A DNA stretch of 45,417 bases, from the IMG/VR virus record IMGVR_UViG_2675903468_000006; one strand, given 5' to 3'. How positions within the stretch are numbered: position 1 is the first letter of the stretch; each line of letters opens with the position of its first letter. Both the position numbers and the translations under genes were made by a program. The stretch is from a virus. Lineage: Duplodnaviria > Heunggongvirae > Uroviricota > Caudoviricetes. Positions 17,519 through 27,058 of this stretch are shown one piece after another. Under the pieces are notes generated by a model. The model ran no database searches and had not been told where the DNA came from. It saw only the letters and a list, made by a program, of their open reading frames with translations.

Positions 17519-18906
17519 TATTTAGTCCCCTCTTCCATACCTGCGTTAAGGTCGTAGTCTTTCCACTGGTCGTTTTCAGAATTGACCATCTGGAATGATG
17601 GGTTCAGCGGAGTGCTGGTCTGGCACTGTGAGTACATGTCGTTCAGCGCTTCGCCGGAAAGCGAGTTGATCGCTGCTTCGGTCATGAACGAGAATTTCGC
17701 TTTAACCGCGTCACGTTTGGTTTTCAGGTCGCTCTCAGCGTTCGCCTGCAGTTGGGTTTCCAGCTTGCCCAACTTTTCATTCAGCGTGGTGAGTGCCGCA
17801 TTAACGGCCGCGGTGATCACGTCAGAGTTAATTTGAGCCTGGCCCGGGTCGCCGCCGCCATCTTTCTTCTGCATCTGCTGGTTGTAGGCATCCCAGACCT
17901 GATCGTCGGTCAGCCCCTCGGTTTTAACGCCTGCGGCATTGAGCGCGGCGATCATCTTCTCTTTCATCGGGTTTGTTTCTCCGTTGGTTTTGACTTCGTA
18001 CTCAGTTGGTTTGCGCACGACTTCTACACGATCGCCGACAAAGACAGCCTTGCCATCATCGTCAATCAGGTACTTTTGTTTGAAATATTGCTCTCCGTCG
18101 CGATAGACGAAGCTGTCAGGCCAGATGGCTTCCGGCCAGAGATAGGAGTCTTCACCCTGTCCCTCTCGTAATCTGCAGGTAATAGCCCGGTTAATGTCGT
18201 CGAATGTGTAATTCGATGCGTTTGAAAGGTAAAACTTCACCTTATTCCACAGGCCATCTTTCATGCTGTTGGCTGCATCGATGAGGCTCGTCGTTTCAAC
18301 ATCAGCCTCTTGCCCGTCAGCGTTGACGAACATGCCGACACCTTCATCCGGCGTACCGGCACCGGGTTCGTCGAGCAGGATCGCGATGTGGTCGAACTGC
18401 ATGTTGTGAGCAACCCAGGAGTATTTCTTCTGCTTCGACTCCCCGGCCTTTTGCTCTTTGTTCAGCAACAGACCGGTAGAGACATGAATCGGGTCGGCGT
18501 TATTGCCGGAAATCATGTCGTCCAGGCGCTGAATAAGGCGCTTACCGTCAGGCTTGGTGTCTGCCACTGCCTTATTTACGTAAACGTCCATCACGACTTT
18601 GTCGTTGGCCTTGCTGACGTTCTGAGCCCATGCACCGGCGTAGTAATCGTTGACCGCTTGCGGGTCGTTGGCGCTGACGTATTTGCCGTTCACCATCGGG
18701 TGGCCGATCGGCATTAACTTGCGCTCCATCGTCTGGTAGCTGTTGTTAATCTCCTCCGCCGGGTACAGGACGCCATTCATCACGATGTCATCGACGATCG
18801 GAACCGCACCACGAATGACGTAGTGTTCCTGGCCGTTGATGGTGGTCGTTGAGATGTTGGAGGCGTTGATGGCGAGGCTTTTTACATGAATGCTGGACAG
18901 CTTCAT
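17518..18906 (-). CDS. Putative scaffold / prohead protease-like head protein
   Basis: 462 aa with coiled-coil C-terminus; position between head morphogenesis and capsid genes. Confidence 0.45.
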   Translation of the reverse strand: MKLSSIHVKSLAINASNISTTTINGQEHYVIRGAVPIVDDIVMNGVLYPAEEINNSYQTMERKLMPIGHPMVNGKYVSANDPQAVNDYYAGAWAQNVSKANDKVVMDVYVNKAVADTKPDGKRLIQRLDDMISGNNADPIHVSTGLLLNKEQKAGESKQKKYSWVAHNMQFDHIAILLDEPGAGTPDEGVGMFVNADGQEADVETTSLIDAANSMKDGLWNKVKFYLSNASNYTFDDINRAITCRLREGQGEDSYLWPEAIWPDSFVYRDGEQYFKQKYLIDDDGKAVFVGDRVEVVRKPTEYEVKTNGETNPMKEKMIAALNAAGVKTEGLTDDQVWDAYNQQMQKKDGGGDPGQAQINSDVITAAVNAALTTLNEKLGKLETQLQANAESDLKTKRDAVKAKFSFMTEAAINSLSGEALNDMYSQCQTSTPLNPSFQMVNSENDQWKDYDLNAGMEEGTK

Positions 18907-18960
18907 GGATATTCCTCATTATGACAGATGGTTGTTATTCACTAAAAACAAGGTGTTAAA

Positions 18961-19176
18961 ATGCAATACAAGGTCTTATTCTCTGCCTTAATTAATGGCA
19001 ACAAACAAAATCTCGACGCTGTATTTACTACCACCGGCGCACCAACACTGGATGACAAAGTGACTGCCAAAGACGCTGCAAAGGCTGCTATGCAAGCGCT
19101 GTCTTCGGTCGTTGGTGTAAACACTCCAATATTCACCGTGGAATTCCGTTTAGAAGCAGTTCTTCCAGTAGTTTAA
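18961..19176 (+). CDS. Small opposite-strand ORF (71 aa) in the gap between head genes
   Basis: ATG preceded by AAGGTG; fills a 266-nt minus-strand coding gap; stop overlaps the head morphogenesis stop. Confidence 0.35.
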   Translation: MQYKVLFSALINGNKQNLDAVFTTTGAPTLDDKVTAKDAAKAAMQALSSVVGVNTPIFTVEFRLEAVLPVV

Positions 19177-20096
19177 GTTTCCTGGCTCTGCCATCGCTTT
19201 CTCTCGGTGGCGAGCTTATCCGCCAGCCCCTCATTGAAGATACTGCCGTCGTCGTTGAGCAGCACCGGAATCTGGCTGCAATAGCAGTTGTACCGGTTGC
19301 CGTTCTCGGCGTAGAAGTCACGCACCTCTTCGGTGGTGTAGACCTTGCCGTGGCGGCTGGCGTGCCAGGTGCGCGTCGTTGGCTTTAGCGCTGACAGCCA
19401 TAGCAAGCCGGTATTCAGCCCCAGTCGGTCAGCGGCCCAGTCTGTTTCGTTCCACTGGGCCTGCCGCAGCGCGCCAACCTGCTCAGTCTGAGCGATGGTC
19501 TTGGCCTTCGACATCGACACATCGAGGCGCTTGCTGATGACGCTGGCCGTTTCGCGAGGATTCACCCCACGCGCAACCGCGTCAGTGATGATATTGGTCA
19601 GATCGCCGCGGGCTGTATCGCTGATGACCTTCCAGTCACTGAACGTTGTCAGCCTGGCCGCCGATATCTGGTTCAGATAACCGGGGCTGCTTAAAAGCTG
19701 CTGTAGCGTCGTCTGGCTGGCGTATACCTGCGACTGCTGCGAGAGGTTATTGAATGCCTCCAGCGTTCCGCGCTGCGCTTCTGCAACAACGTAATCCATC
19801 GCCCACAGGTTTTGCTCGCCACCATCCAGCAGGTAATCGTCGAGAATGCCCTGCACTGCTTCCAGCAAATCCGCCAGTTCCTGCGCCGACATGTCATAGA
19901 TGAACTTTCCGGCGTTAACCTGGTAGAGCCGCATGTCCGCGCCGTTGTCGTGGCAAAGAAAGTGCCAGTTATGGCTGTTGGTTTCACGCTCTCGTCCGGT
20001 CATGCGCTGGTCGAACAGGGCTTTCAGTGCCACCTTTATCTCGTAATACCGATCCTCAATGTCGCGCTCCATCTTGCTGACTGACTTGCGCGACAT
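19173..20096 (-). CDS. Head morphogenesis protein (Mu F-like / SPP1 gp7 family)
   Basis: Start moved to MSRKSVSK just after the portal stop; the track's longer N-terminus overlaps the portal gene. Confidence 0.65.
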   Translation of the reverse strand: MSRKSVSKMERDIEDRYYEIKVALKALFDQRMTGRERETNSHNWHFLCHDNGADMRLYQVNAGKFIYDMSAQELADLLEAVQGILDDYLLDGGEQNLWAMDYVVAEAQRGTLEAFNNLSQQSQVYASQTTLQQLLSSPGYLNQISAARLTTFSDWKVISDTARGDLTNIITDAVARGVNPRETASVISKRLDVSMSKAKTIAQTEQVGALRQAQWNETDWAADRLGLNTGLLWLSALKPTTRTWHASRHGKVYTTEEVRDFYAENGNRYNCYCSQIPVLLNDDGSIFNEGLADKLATERKRWQSQET

Positions 20097-20103
20097 CGTG
20101 GGG

Positions 20104-21555
20104 TCAACTTTCGACCGTGGTATCACCGGACTTTTCGGCTTCTGGTTGAGGGTCGGCCAGAGGATCAGGTTTTGGTTTGTTGCCATCAGGCGGAACCTCA
20201 TCATCAAGCTCAGGTAGTGGTTGCAGTTCGCCAGCAGCGCGGATCTCGTTCTCTTCGATAGCCGAGCGTCCAAACGCGTTTGTCGACTTAACGGCAACGT
20301 CAGCGAGTTTGTCCATGTTGGCAATCTTCTCTGCCTGGCTCGGCGCCAACAGATCAGACCAGCCTACAGTGATTTCTTCATTCTGAGCCGGTGGAATAAT
20401 GCCAAGCGCCCAGAATCGCGAAACCACATCGGTGATAACGTCCGTCAGGAAGCCTTTCCGGCGGCTCATCCTGGTGCGCCCCCAACCTTTGGCATCCTCA
20501 GTGCTGGCGCGCTCACCCGTCTGCATCCCAACGAGCTCTTTCACAGGGATAGGAACGGTCGCGCAGAACTCGCTCAGCGCGGTACGCCAGGTCGGCTCTG
20601 GGTCAGCTGCTGCAACACTCAACACCTCAGCGGTACCAGCCTGCATAAAGCTGGCGCTGTCGGTGCTGTCGTTAAGGCGACGGACCTGCTGATCAAGCGC
20701 TTCTGCAAGTTGCCCCTCAGCAACGCCAAGGGCTTTGGCAAGTGCGGAGAAGTTCGTCTTCTCACTGAACGAGTAGTTGAGCTGGCGACTGGCGTTCTTC
20801 AGGAAGCCCTCAGACGCACCACCGCTAACTTTCTCTATGTCCAGCAGCTTGTTGAAGCCAGCCTCAAGCAGCGACTTGCCCGACGTCATCACGCCATCAT
20901 CAGAGCCCTCGGCCAGGATGATTACGCGATCCGGGTGTACGTTGATGATTCGGCCCGGGCGAGCGTCGAAGTTCCCGTCAACCGGCAGCTCTGTGAACGA
21001 GTACATCGTCACTTCGCCGAACGTTTCACTGTTCGGATTATCGTCCCAGTTAACCGGGTCGATTTGCGCTTCCCATGCAGGAATCAGCTTAACGAGTGCC
21101 TTTTCCTGAAGCCTTCCCACAATGGTGGTGTCAACAGGTTCAGACCACTTCTTGCTGTCCTTAATCTGAAGCAGGATCGCAGAGTAGCGCCCCACCAAGT
21201 TACGGCGGTCTGCGCCTTTAATCTGCTCCCAGCAGCGTTTCAGTAGCTTGTTGACACGCTTATCCCACGCCGTTTGCTTCGATGCGTCCTTTGTCTGGTC
21301 GCCTTCGTAAACATCAGGGTAGTCTTCCCAGCAGCCGTCGAGCATGCGCGTCACGGCGGCACCAGCCACCGCATTTCGCCGGTACGCCCGGTAAAAGTCA
21401 TCAAACGTTAGGTGTAGCGGGTAACCGAACTCCTGATAGAGCCGCTGGCGTTTGGTATTACTGGTGCCGTTAAACAGCATTGAGAGGTTTTTATTCCGCT
21501 CCCTCTCAACACTGGAGTTACTGGCGCGCTGTTGTTTCATTTCGCTTTCGGTCAC
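20104..21555 (-). CDS. Portal protein
   Basis: 483 aa, directly downstream of terminase large subunit. Confidence 0.65.
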   Translation of the reverse strand: MTESEMKQQRASNSSVERERNKNLSMLFNGTSNTKRQRLYQEFGYPLHLTFDDFYRAYRRNAVAGAAVTRMLDGCWEDYPDVYEGDQTKDASKQTAWDKRVNKLLKRCWEQIKGADRRNLVGRYSAILLQIKDSKKWSEPVDTTIVGRLQEKALVKLIPAWEAQIDPVNWDDNPNSETFGEVTMYSFTELPVDGNFDARPGRIINVHPDRVIILAEGSDDGVMTSGKSLLEAGFNKLLDIEKVSGGASEGFLKNASRQLNYSFSEKTNFSALAKALGVAEGQLAEALDQQVRRLNDSTDSASFMQAGTAEVLSVAAADPEPTWRTALSEFCATVPIPVKELVGMQTGERASTEDAKGWGRTRMSRRKGFLTDVITDVVSRFWALGIIPPAQNEEITVGWSDLLAPSQAEKIANMDKLADVAVKSTNAFGRSAIEENEIRAAGELQPLPELDDEVPPDGNKPKPDPLADPQPEAEKSGDTTVES

Positions 21556-23134
21556 GATGTCCTCCGTCAGCGCGATCGCACCAACATGCCGGTGATTTTT
21601 TGTGGTGAATGCAGTACGCGATAACGTGTTCCATCCCAGTCGTGGTCTTCTTGCTGGGTGTCGACGTCATCAGGTTTTTTTCGTCACGAACGAGCACCGG
21701 AATGCGGCTTATCCAGCCACGGCAATAGTCAAAAACGTAAAATGCTGGCTTCTCAGGCATACCTGATTCCAGCTTCACGCCTTCAACCACCGCTTCGAGC
21801 ATATCCGCAAAAAGAGATGCGCCGTTGATGCGGGAGCCAGGCTTTTTATCAGCTGGCAACCAGGTAACGCCCTGCGCTTCCATCTTCTGAGCGATCGATA
21901 ACTCGTTATCGCCGGTGTTGAATATCGCCCCGTCAGCTGGTCCGGGGATCACTTCGCTACAGATGCCCGGCATAATGTGAAGCTGGCCCTGCGTGACACC
22001 GTCGATTTTAATCTCTTCCGGCTCGTCGGCCTCTTCGCCCACCAGTCGCTTGTCAATCCACGCCACGCCTTTCGCGACGTTGGTTGATGACATATTCAGG
22101 CCTTTGTTCAGCTCGTCAGGCGGGCAGCCGTACCACTCGCCGATCAGTATCAGCGACCCGGCTGGCGGGCAGAACTTTCGACCATCTGGCAGCTCGGCGG
22201 CTGTGCCATCAGCCTGCGCCCACCAGAGGTTAGAGAACGGCTTAGACTCGCCCCAGTCGTGAGAGCGGTCGACGGTCCAGCTATCCGGTATGCGGAACGG
22301 CTTAATGACGTGCAGCGCTTCATTCCACAGGTGGTCAAAGCGTCCGCCACTGGTCACATCCCATGAGCCCTCTACCCACGCTTTGCGCCGGTTAGGGTCT
22401 TTGATGGCCATCAGGGTCGCGATGTACTGCGGGTCTAGGTACGGGTTCTCTTTGAACGATCCGTGGATGGCCACGCGGGTAAGCGTGATTTCCTCTTCTC
22501 GTTCTGTCTGGGGGTTGAACACCATTTGCCGGTCACGCTGCACGGTACCGCGCGGCGCTGGCTCAATGAAGCGTTTCTTCACCCAGGTATGCCCGATGCC
22601 GAACGGGTTGGTCGTGCTGAACGTCTCCAGCGGGATTGGCTTCAGTAACTTGCCATTCTCCAGCGGGTAGTTTTCCGGCCTGAACGATGAACGTCGGCAG
22701 GAGAACATCATTTCGTAGAACTCTGGAGACTGCTGTTTCGTCAGCTCGTTAAAGCCAATGAAAGGAAATTCCTGCCCGTGGAAATCCCAGTAGTCGTCCG
22801 CCTCTTTGCCGAAGCGGAAGAGCAGCTCCTCGCCAGTAGGCCATACCCATCGCAATTCGCTCGCAGATGACAGGTATCGCGCACCATCGTTGAACAGGCG
22901 AAACATACGCTTCGACTGAGTGATGATATCGGCAAGGTTCTTATATTCGGTATCGAAGATGACTCCGCGCCAGAAAGAGCCATAGCCCACGCCGACATTA
23001 CGCCGGAACCTGGCTAACTGCGCAGCGGTCTTGCCCGGGCCGCGAGTGCCTTCGAACAGGATTTCGTTACACGGGCAACTCAGCGCCAGAGACTGTGATC
23101 CAGGCAGTGGCTTCCATACAGCTTTGTAATTCAT
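21518..23134 (-). CDS. Terminase large subunit
   Basis: 538 aa with Walker A-like GTRGPGKT; overlaps small subunit stop. Confidence 0.85.
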   Translation of the reverse strand: MNYKAVWKPLPGSQSLALSCPCNEILFEGTRGPGKTAAQLARFRRNVGVGYGSFWRGVIFDTEYKNLADIITQSKRMFRLFNDGARYLSSASELRWVWPTGEELLFRFGKEADDYWDFHGQEFPFIGFNELTKQQSPEFYEMMFSCRRSSFRPENYPLENGKLLKPIPLETFSTTNPFGIGHTWVKKRFIEPAPRGTVQRDRQMVFNPQTEREEEITLTRVAIHGSFKENPYLDPQYIATLMAIKDPNRRKAWVEGSWDVTSGGRFDHLWNEALHVIKPFRIPDSWTVDRSHDWGESKPFSNLWWAQADGTAAELPDGRKFCPPAGSLILIGEWYGCPPDELNKGLNMSSTNVAKGVAWIDKRLVGEEADEPEEIKIDGVTQGQLHIMPGICSEVIPGPADGAIFNTGDNELSIAQKMEAQGVTWLPADKKPGSRINGASLFADMLEAVVEGVKLESGMPEKPAFYVFDYCRGWISRIPVLVRDEKNLMTSTPSKKTTTGMEHVIAYCIHHKKSPACWCDRADGGHRDRKRNETTARQ

Positions 23135-23781
23135 CCACCGAGCACCCCGTCCTGTTGTTTTTGCGCTGCCGCTTCCCAGTCGTCCACGTTGTCACTGGTT
23201 GGCACCAGCATGACGTTATGGGTGACCTCTTTCGTTTCAGCCTTATTCTCGATGCTGTACGCCTCACGTTCGAGGCCGATCAGCGTCTTCAGGCTGTCGC
23301 TTAGGTCTTTCATGGATTTAACGCGGGAAGGCAGGCTGATTATTTTATGGTACAGATCGTTGAGCTTATCCTGACCTTTGTCATCCTCACGGCGCATCAG
23401 GTCACCTAGCATCTCAAGCGCAGCCACGTCGCCACACTCCCCGGCCAGCTCATCAAATAGCATGTTGGTCAGTTCACGAGCCCGGCGGATGTCTCCCCGG
23501 TGCTCCATGCGTACCGTGGCAATCACCTCGGCAGTCGCCTCTATCAGTACGCGTTCGGTCAAAGTGCTTTCGTTGCGTACCGTCCTGCGTACCTCCTGCT
23601 TGCGTACCAGATCATCAGCCTTTTGCTGAATCTTCGCATTGAGGTCACGCGACCAGTCGTCACGCTTGGCACGCTTACGGATAGCGCCTTCGCTAATACC
23701 GTGCTGTGAAGCAATTTCTCGGAGGGACATCACTCCGGCCCGGTACGCCGTCTCGATGGCCTCCCAGTCCGGTTTGCTCAT
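23131..23781 (-). CDS. Terminase small subunit
   Basis: HTH-like N-terminus (LREIASQHGISEGAIRKR), position upstream of large subunit. Confidence 0.7.
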   Translation of the reverse strand: MSKPDWEAIETAYRAGVMSLREIASQHGISEGAIRKRAKRDDWSRDLNAKIQQKADDLVRKQEVRRTVRNESTLTERVLIEATAEVIATVRMEHRGDIRRARELTNMLFDELAGECGDVAALEMLGDLMRREDDKGQDKLNDLYHKIISLPSRVKSMKDLSDSLKTLIGLEREAYSIENKAETKEVTHNVMLVPTSDNVDDWEAAAQKQQDGVLGG

Positions 23782-23784
23782 TCG

Positions 23785-24003
23785 TTACTCCGTTGTTTGT
23801 CCTGCTGGCTGTTCGGTCTGCTCTGCCGGTACTGGCGTAAACTGCACGCGCTTCACATCGGCCGGAGCGAAATAAAGCCACTCGCCCGTCTCTGTCGCCA
23901 GCGGCACAAAGCCATTAACCAACTCAGGCTGACGTCGTGACATCTTGCCCGTGAAGGTTTCGCCTGTTTGAGTGGTTAGCGTGATTTGGTAGATGTCGGA
24001 CAT
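23785..24003 (-). CDS. Hypothetical small protein upstream of terminase
   Basis: Start set at MSDIYQ; terminator hairpin just upstream. Confidence 0.4.
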   Translation of the reverse strand: MSDIYQITLTTQTGETFTGKMSRRQPELVNGFVPLATETGEWLYFAPADVKRVQFTPVPAEQTEQPAGQTTE

Positions 24004-24023
24004 GAAGACCCTCACAAGCCACT

Positions 24024-24057
24024 GTTGAAGAAAATGCCATCAGCATGGTGATGGCAT
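24024..24057 (-). terminator. Intrinsic terminator after the R-x4-H moron
   Basis: Minus-strand 9-bp stem ATGCCATCA...TGATGGCAT followed by TTTTCTT. Confidence 0.5.
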
Positions 24058-24080
24058 TACAATTCAATAATATGGCTGTA

Positions 24081-24662
24081 TTATTTTGCAGTTTTGTATT
24101 CAATAAACCCGTCAAAAATCAGACTATCGATGGTCATCATTTTCGTAAGTTTTTCCATAACCTCAGGATTTTCTTGCATATCAACAAGCCATCTCCTCAC
24201 GCCATTAGCTATATCATTACATAACTCAATAACATCTAATTGCAGAACACCATTAAAAGCATTCATATGTGCATGAAGGTTTTCTCGCGCAGGGGTCGTT
24301 ATCTTAAACTTCCTTAGCTTCGTTTCATCAACGCCTTCATGCAAACATGCATTCCTTAAACTCCAACAGTCTTCTGCAGTGAATGAGACTACGGGTTTTT
24401 GCGCCCTTAAGCTTTGCTTTATTCCTTCAGGCATGCTCTGAACCATTGCAGGGCTGGTGAGACTTAAATAGTCATACATGTTATCAGCGTTATATCTTGG
24501 CTTAAGATAGCGATTAAACCAGTCCTTGTACCTCGCGCCATTTCCTTTGATTTTATCCTCTGTCGCGCCACAGATGTCAGGAAGTGATATTGCTATGAAT
24601 AAAGCACCAAACCAATTCTTTTTAGACAAGCAATCATCTATTCCACTCAGCAACTGTTGCAT
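24081..24662 (-). CDS. Moron protein with R-x4-H (HEPN-like) motif; possible abortive-infection/defence candidate
   Basis: AT-rich; ATG at 24662 with SD AAGGTG; RNACLH motif; alternative GTG start at 24743 gives a lipobox-like LIVASGC N-terminus. Confidence 0.5.
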   Translation of the reverse strand: MQQLLSGIDDCLSKKNWFGALFIAISLPDICGATEDKIKGNGARYKDWFNRYLKPRYNADNMYDYLSLTSPAMVQSMPEGIKQSLRAQKPVVSFTAEDCWSLRNACLHEGVDETKLRKFKITTPARENLHAHMNAFNGVLQLDVIELCNDIANGVRRWLVDMQENPEVMEKLTKMMTIDSLIFDGFIEYKTAK

Positions 24663-24730
24663 ATATGAGCACCTTATTTTGTTGTAGACAGAGCCTACAA
24701 TACAACCAGATGCAACTATTAAGAAAACCT

Positions 24731-25192
24731 TTACTTCAAGCACTGAGTGCTTAGATATTCCTGAAGATAGCCAACCTGCTTCATCACTGTGGCGATTCTT
24801 TCTCTGAGGGTGAAATAATCCCGTTCAGCGGAGTCAGTAAGTCGGGGGCCGGAAGCATCGCCCATGCCGCTGGAGCCGGTCGTTCCGTTCGCGGGACAGT
24901 TTGCGTTGAGCTGCAGCCGCTTACGGCCAGCAATGACATCGCTATGCAGACGCTCAATGGTTTCTTTCGCATCAGCTAGTTCTCCGGTGTATTTGGCATC
25001 CAGTGCAGCGACATCACGCTGGCGGGCCTGCATGTCTTTTATGGTGGTGTTAGCCAGGCTGAGTTTCTCAGTGGCTTTATCGCGCTGGTCTTTATAAGCG
25101 ATGGCGTTGTCGCGGTAGTGGTTAATCGCCCAGGCCATGGAAACGAGCAGGCAGATAACGACAGCACAGATGATTGCTGTTAATCGGCTCAT
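24731..25192 (-). CDS. Rz: Rz i-spanin
   Basis: N-terminal TM segment then coiled coil; ATG overlaps endolysin stop; Rz1 embedded. Confidence 0.7.
   Translation of the reverse strand: MSRLTAIICAVVICLLVSMAWAINHYRDNAIAYKDQRDKATEKLSLANTTIKDMQARQRDVAALDAKYTGELADAKETIERLHSDVIAGRKRLQLNANCPANGTTGSSGMGDASGPRLTDSAERDYFTLRERIATVMKQVGYLQEYLSTQCLK
24784..24972 (-). CDS. Rz1: Rz1 o-spanin lipoprotein embedded in Rz
   Basis: Signal peptide with lipobox LAVSGC, Pro-rich mature part, +1 frame inside Rz. Confidence 0.7.
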   Translation of the reverse strand: MRKKPLSVCIAMSLLAVSGCSSTQTVPRTERPAPAAWAMLPAPDLLTPLNGIISPSEKESPQ

Positions 25193-25683
25193 TTCTGGCC
25201 CCACTCGCAAACTTCGCGCTCAATCTCGCGCCGGGTTATCAGTCCCTTCCACTGCTTGCCACCGGCATACGTCCAGCGTTGCAGTTCTTTGCATGCCCCC
25301 GGCACGTCTCCGGCGTTCAGCTTCTTCAGCAGCGTCGAGCTGGCAAAAGCACCAGAGCCAACGTTATAGGTGAAGGAGTAAAGCGCGGCGCGGGTTGGCT
25401 CAGGAATGCGAACCTTGATCAGCGGGTCGATAGCATTTGCCACCTTTCGCAGATCGGCCTTCAGCATGTTGTCGCACTCTTTGTCGGTGTATCGGTGACC
25501 GCGGCGAATGTCCGCTCCGGTGTGCCCATCGCAAACAGTCCAGACGCCGACCACATCCTGATAGGCGTAATAGCGCCGTCCTTCCAGCCCATCGGCATTG
25601 CCCAGCATTACTGCAGCAATGGTGATGGCTCCGGATCCGCCAACAATGGCACCCACCAGCTTATTCCTCAACGTTGGGTTCAT
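25189..25683 (-). CDS. SAR endolysin (T4-lysozyme-type, GH24)
   Basis: N-terminal Gly/Ala-rich SAR segment [20 protein letters not shown]; lysozyme-like core. Confidence 0.85.
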   Translation of the reverse strand: MNPTLRNKLVGAIVGGSGAITIAAVMLGNADGLEGRRYYAYQDVVGVWTVCDGHTGADIRRGHRYTDKECDNMLKADLRKVANAIDPLIKVRIPEPTRAALYSFTYNVGSGAFASSTLLKKLNAGDVPGACKELQRWTYAGGKQWKGLITRREIEREVCEWGQK

Positions 25684-25885
25684 CTCGGCTCCTGCTGCGG
25701 CGGTTGTCTTCGCGGATCTTGAAATAGAGATTCGTCAGATACGTCAGTACGGCAATGATGATACCCACCAGCACGCCGATAGCGTTCCACTGCTCGGGGC
25801 TGTAGGCATTAAGCATGCCGTTTAGGATGCTCCCGGCTGAAGCGCCATAGGCAGCACCAGTGGTTATTTTTTCCATGCGATACAT
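25661..25885 (-). CDS. Holin (pinholin-like, two TMD)
   Basis: 74 aa, two hydrophobic segments, charged C-terminus, overlaps endolysin start. Confidence 0.7.
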   Translation of the reverse strand: MYRMEKITTGAAYGASAGSILNGMLNAYSPEQWNAIGVLVGIIIAVLTYLTNLYFKIREDNRRSRSRDEPNVEE

Positions 25886-25984
25886 GCTCTCACCTCGCGT
25901 AGTTAGCGGGTGCTGTTCGTGTAGTGGGAAAGGCCGTCAAACACGATAGCTACGGGGCATCTGAAAGTGATTGTCTGCGGCCTG

Positions 25985-26010
25985 AATAAAAAACCCGGCG
26001 ACAGGCCGGG
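25985..26010 (-). terminator. Intrinsic terminator downstream of tRNA-Thr, upstream of holin
   Basis: Minus-strand CCCGGC-CTGTC-GCCGGG hairpin plus T-run. Confidence 0.55.
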
Positions 26011-26064
26011 AAGATGAGGGTAAGGCAATGTCGGCTCTACGGCCTATCCCAGCTGGCGGGATTC

Positions 26065-26140
26065 TGGTGCTGATTGACGGAGTTGAACCGCCGACATCCT
26101 GCTTACAAGGCAGGCGCTCTACCTACTGAGCTAAATCAGC
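26065..26140 (-). tRNA. tRNA-Thr (anticodon UGU), phage-borne
   Basis: 76-nt cloverleaf folded by hand: 7-bp acceptor stem, D-arm, anticodon loop CUUGUAA, T-loop TTCAACT, encoded CCA. Confidence 0.8.
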
Positions 26141-26170
26141 CAATAAAAAAGCCCCGCACGATGGCGAGGC
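26141..26170 (-). terminator. Hairpin plus T-run between Q and tRNA (candidate tR'-type terminator)
   Basis: Minus-strand GCCTCGC-CATCGT-GCGGGGC (one G-U pair) followed by TTTTTTATT. Confidence 0.45.
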
Positions 26171-26232
26171 TGGTTATTCATTCATGTCACACACAACAAT
26201 GGCAACATATACGAATTATTCTGCTCATTTGT

Positions 26233-26733
26233 TCATTGAAAAGCAAGCACGTTGTGAACATTTTTTGCAACTTTGTTCACATTATCGCGGCTGATAAAGG
26301 CATTTTGCAGCGGTTGATACAGGCAGAACAGTGCCGCGTTAAGTGTTTCCTTCACCTCCCGGCGTATGGTGGATATGCTCGGGTGCTTATACTGATTCCC
26401 GCCACGCGTCTTCATCACTCGAGGTTTGCTCACAGCGTGCTGCCAGCTGGCGATGCGGATCTCACTGGAGTTGCAGACGTAATAGGCGAAGACAACACGC
26501 CAGGCGTTCTCGTCGATATTTTTCAGGTAATGGCGCAGCACTGCGTCAATCAGCATACCGTCGTCGTCGCTACATACCGGGCGAGATGCCTGCTGCGGTT
26601 CGACGGTCGCCATAAACTTGGCAATCATGTTGATCATCGCCTTGTCTATCTTCCCGGTCTGCGACCATGCACCCCACAACTGGAGCCACTGATCAATCCA
26701 CTGATGCTGCTCGTTGGTTAATTCCAGTTTCAT
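26233..26733 (-). CDS. Q: Late gene antiterminator Q
   Basis: 166 aa, immediately upstream of tRNA/lysis cassette, SD AAGGAGG. Confidence 0.65.
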   Translation of the reverse strand: MKLELTNEQHQWIDQWLQLWGAWSQTGKIDKAMINMIAKFMATVEPQQASRPVCSDDDGMLIDAVLRHYLKNIDENAWRVVFAYYVCNSSEIRIASWQHAVSKPRVMKTRGGNQYKHPSISTIRREVKETLNAALFCLYQPLQNAFISRDNVNKVAKNVHNVLAFQ

Positions 26734-26846
26734 GCGGCCTCCTTCTTTGGCTGGTTGGTTTTGGTCTGGCTGTGCTTTGCTATTGGCGGCAGACTGGCGC
26801 GCTTAACGCTTTCGGCCTGGTATCTGGCTATCTGGTCACTGGTCAT
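26730..26846 (-). CDS. Very small coupled ORF (38 aa), Lys-rich C-terminus
   Basis: Start and stop both overlap neighbouring genes; below track cutoff. Confidence 0.2.
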   Translation of the reverse strand: MTSDQIARYQAESVKRASLPPIAKHSQTKTNQPKKEAA

Positions 26847-27058
26847 CAAATCGCCCTCGGCCTAGTTACGCACACAGAAATTCGGTAATGCTCACCTGCA
26901 TCAAATACGAATCCTTTTGCGTAAGTGGATAGCCCATCAGATACCGTCTTCCTTGCTAGCCTGTCAGCCGCGTGTTGTGCCTGCCTCTTGCTCATCCTGA
27001 TAGCGTTAAAATCGGCGTCCGTCAGCGGGCCACCTATGCCGAAAACTGGCTTTATCAT
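26846..27058 (-). CDS. Hypothetical nin-region protein (NinH-like position)
   Basis: 70 aa between NinG and Q. Confidence 0.4.
   Translation of the reverse strand: MIKPVFGIGGPLTDADFNAIRMSKRQAQHAADRLARKTVSDGLSTYAKGFVFDAGEHYRISVCVTRPRAI

Noticed and set aside
20097-20324. Long N-terminal extension of the head morphogenesis ORF overlapping the portal gene by about 220 nt
   Set aside because: An in-frame ATG lies just after the portal stop, giving a compact arrangement; the extension has no support.
20221-21246. 341-aa plus-strand ORF antisense to the portal gene
   Set aside because: Antisense open frame without start signals; the portal gene on the minus strand fits the operon.
24663-24743. 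Lipoprotein version of the R-x4-H moron starting at GTG 24743
   Set aside because: The GTG overlaps the Rz 3' end and has a poorly spaced SD, whereas ATG 24662 has a well-placed AAGGTG; kept as an alternative only.
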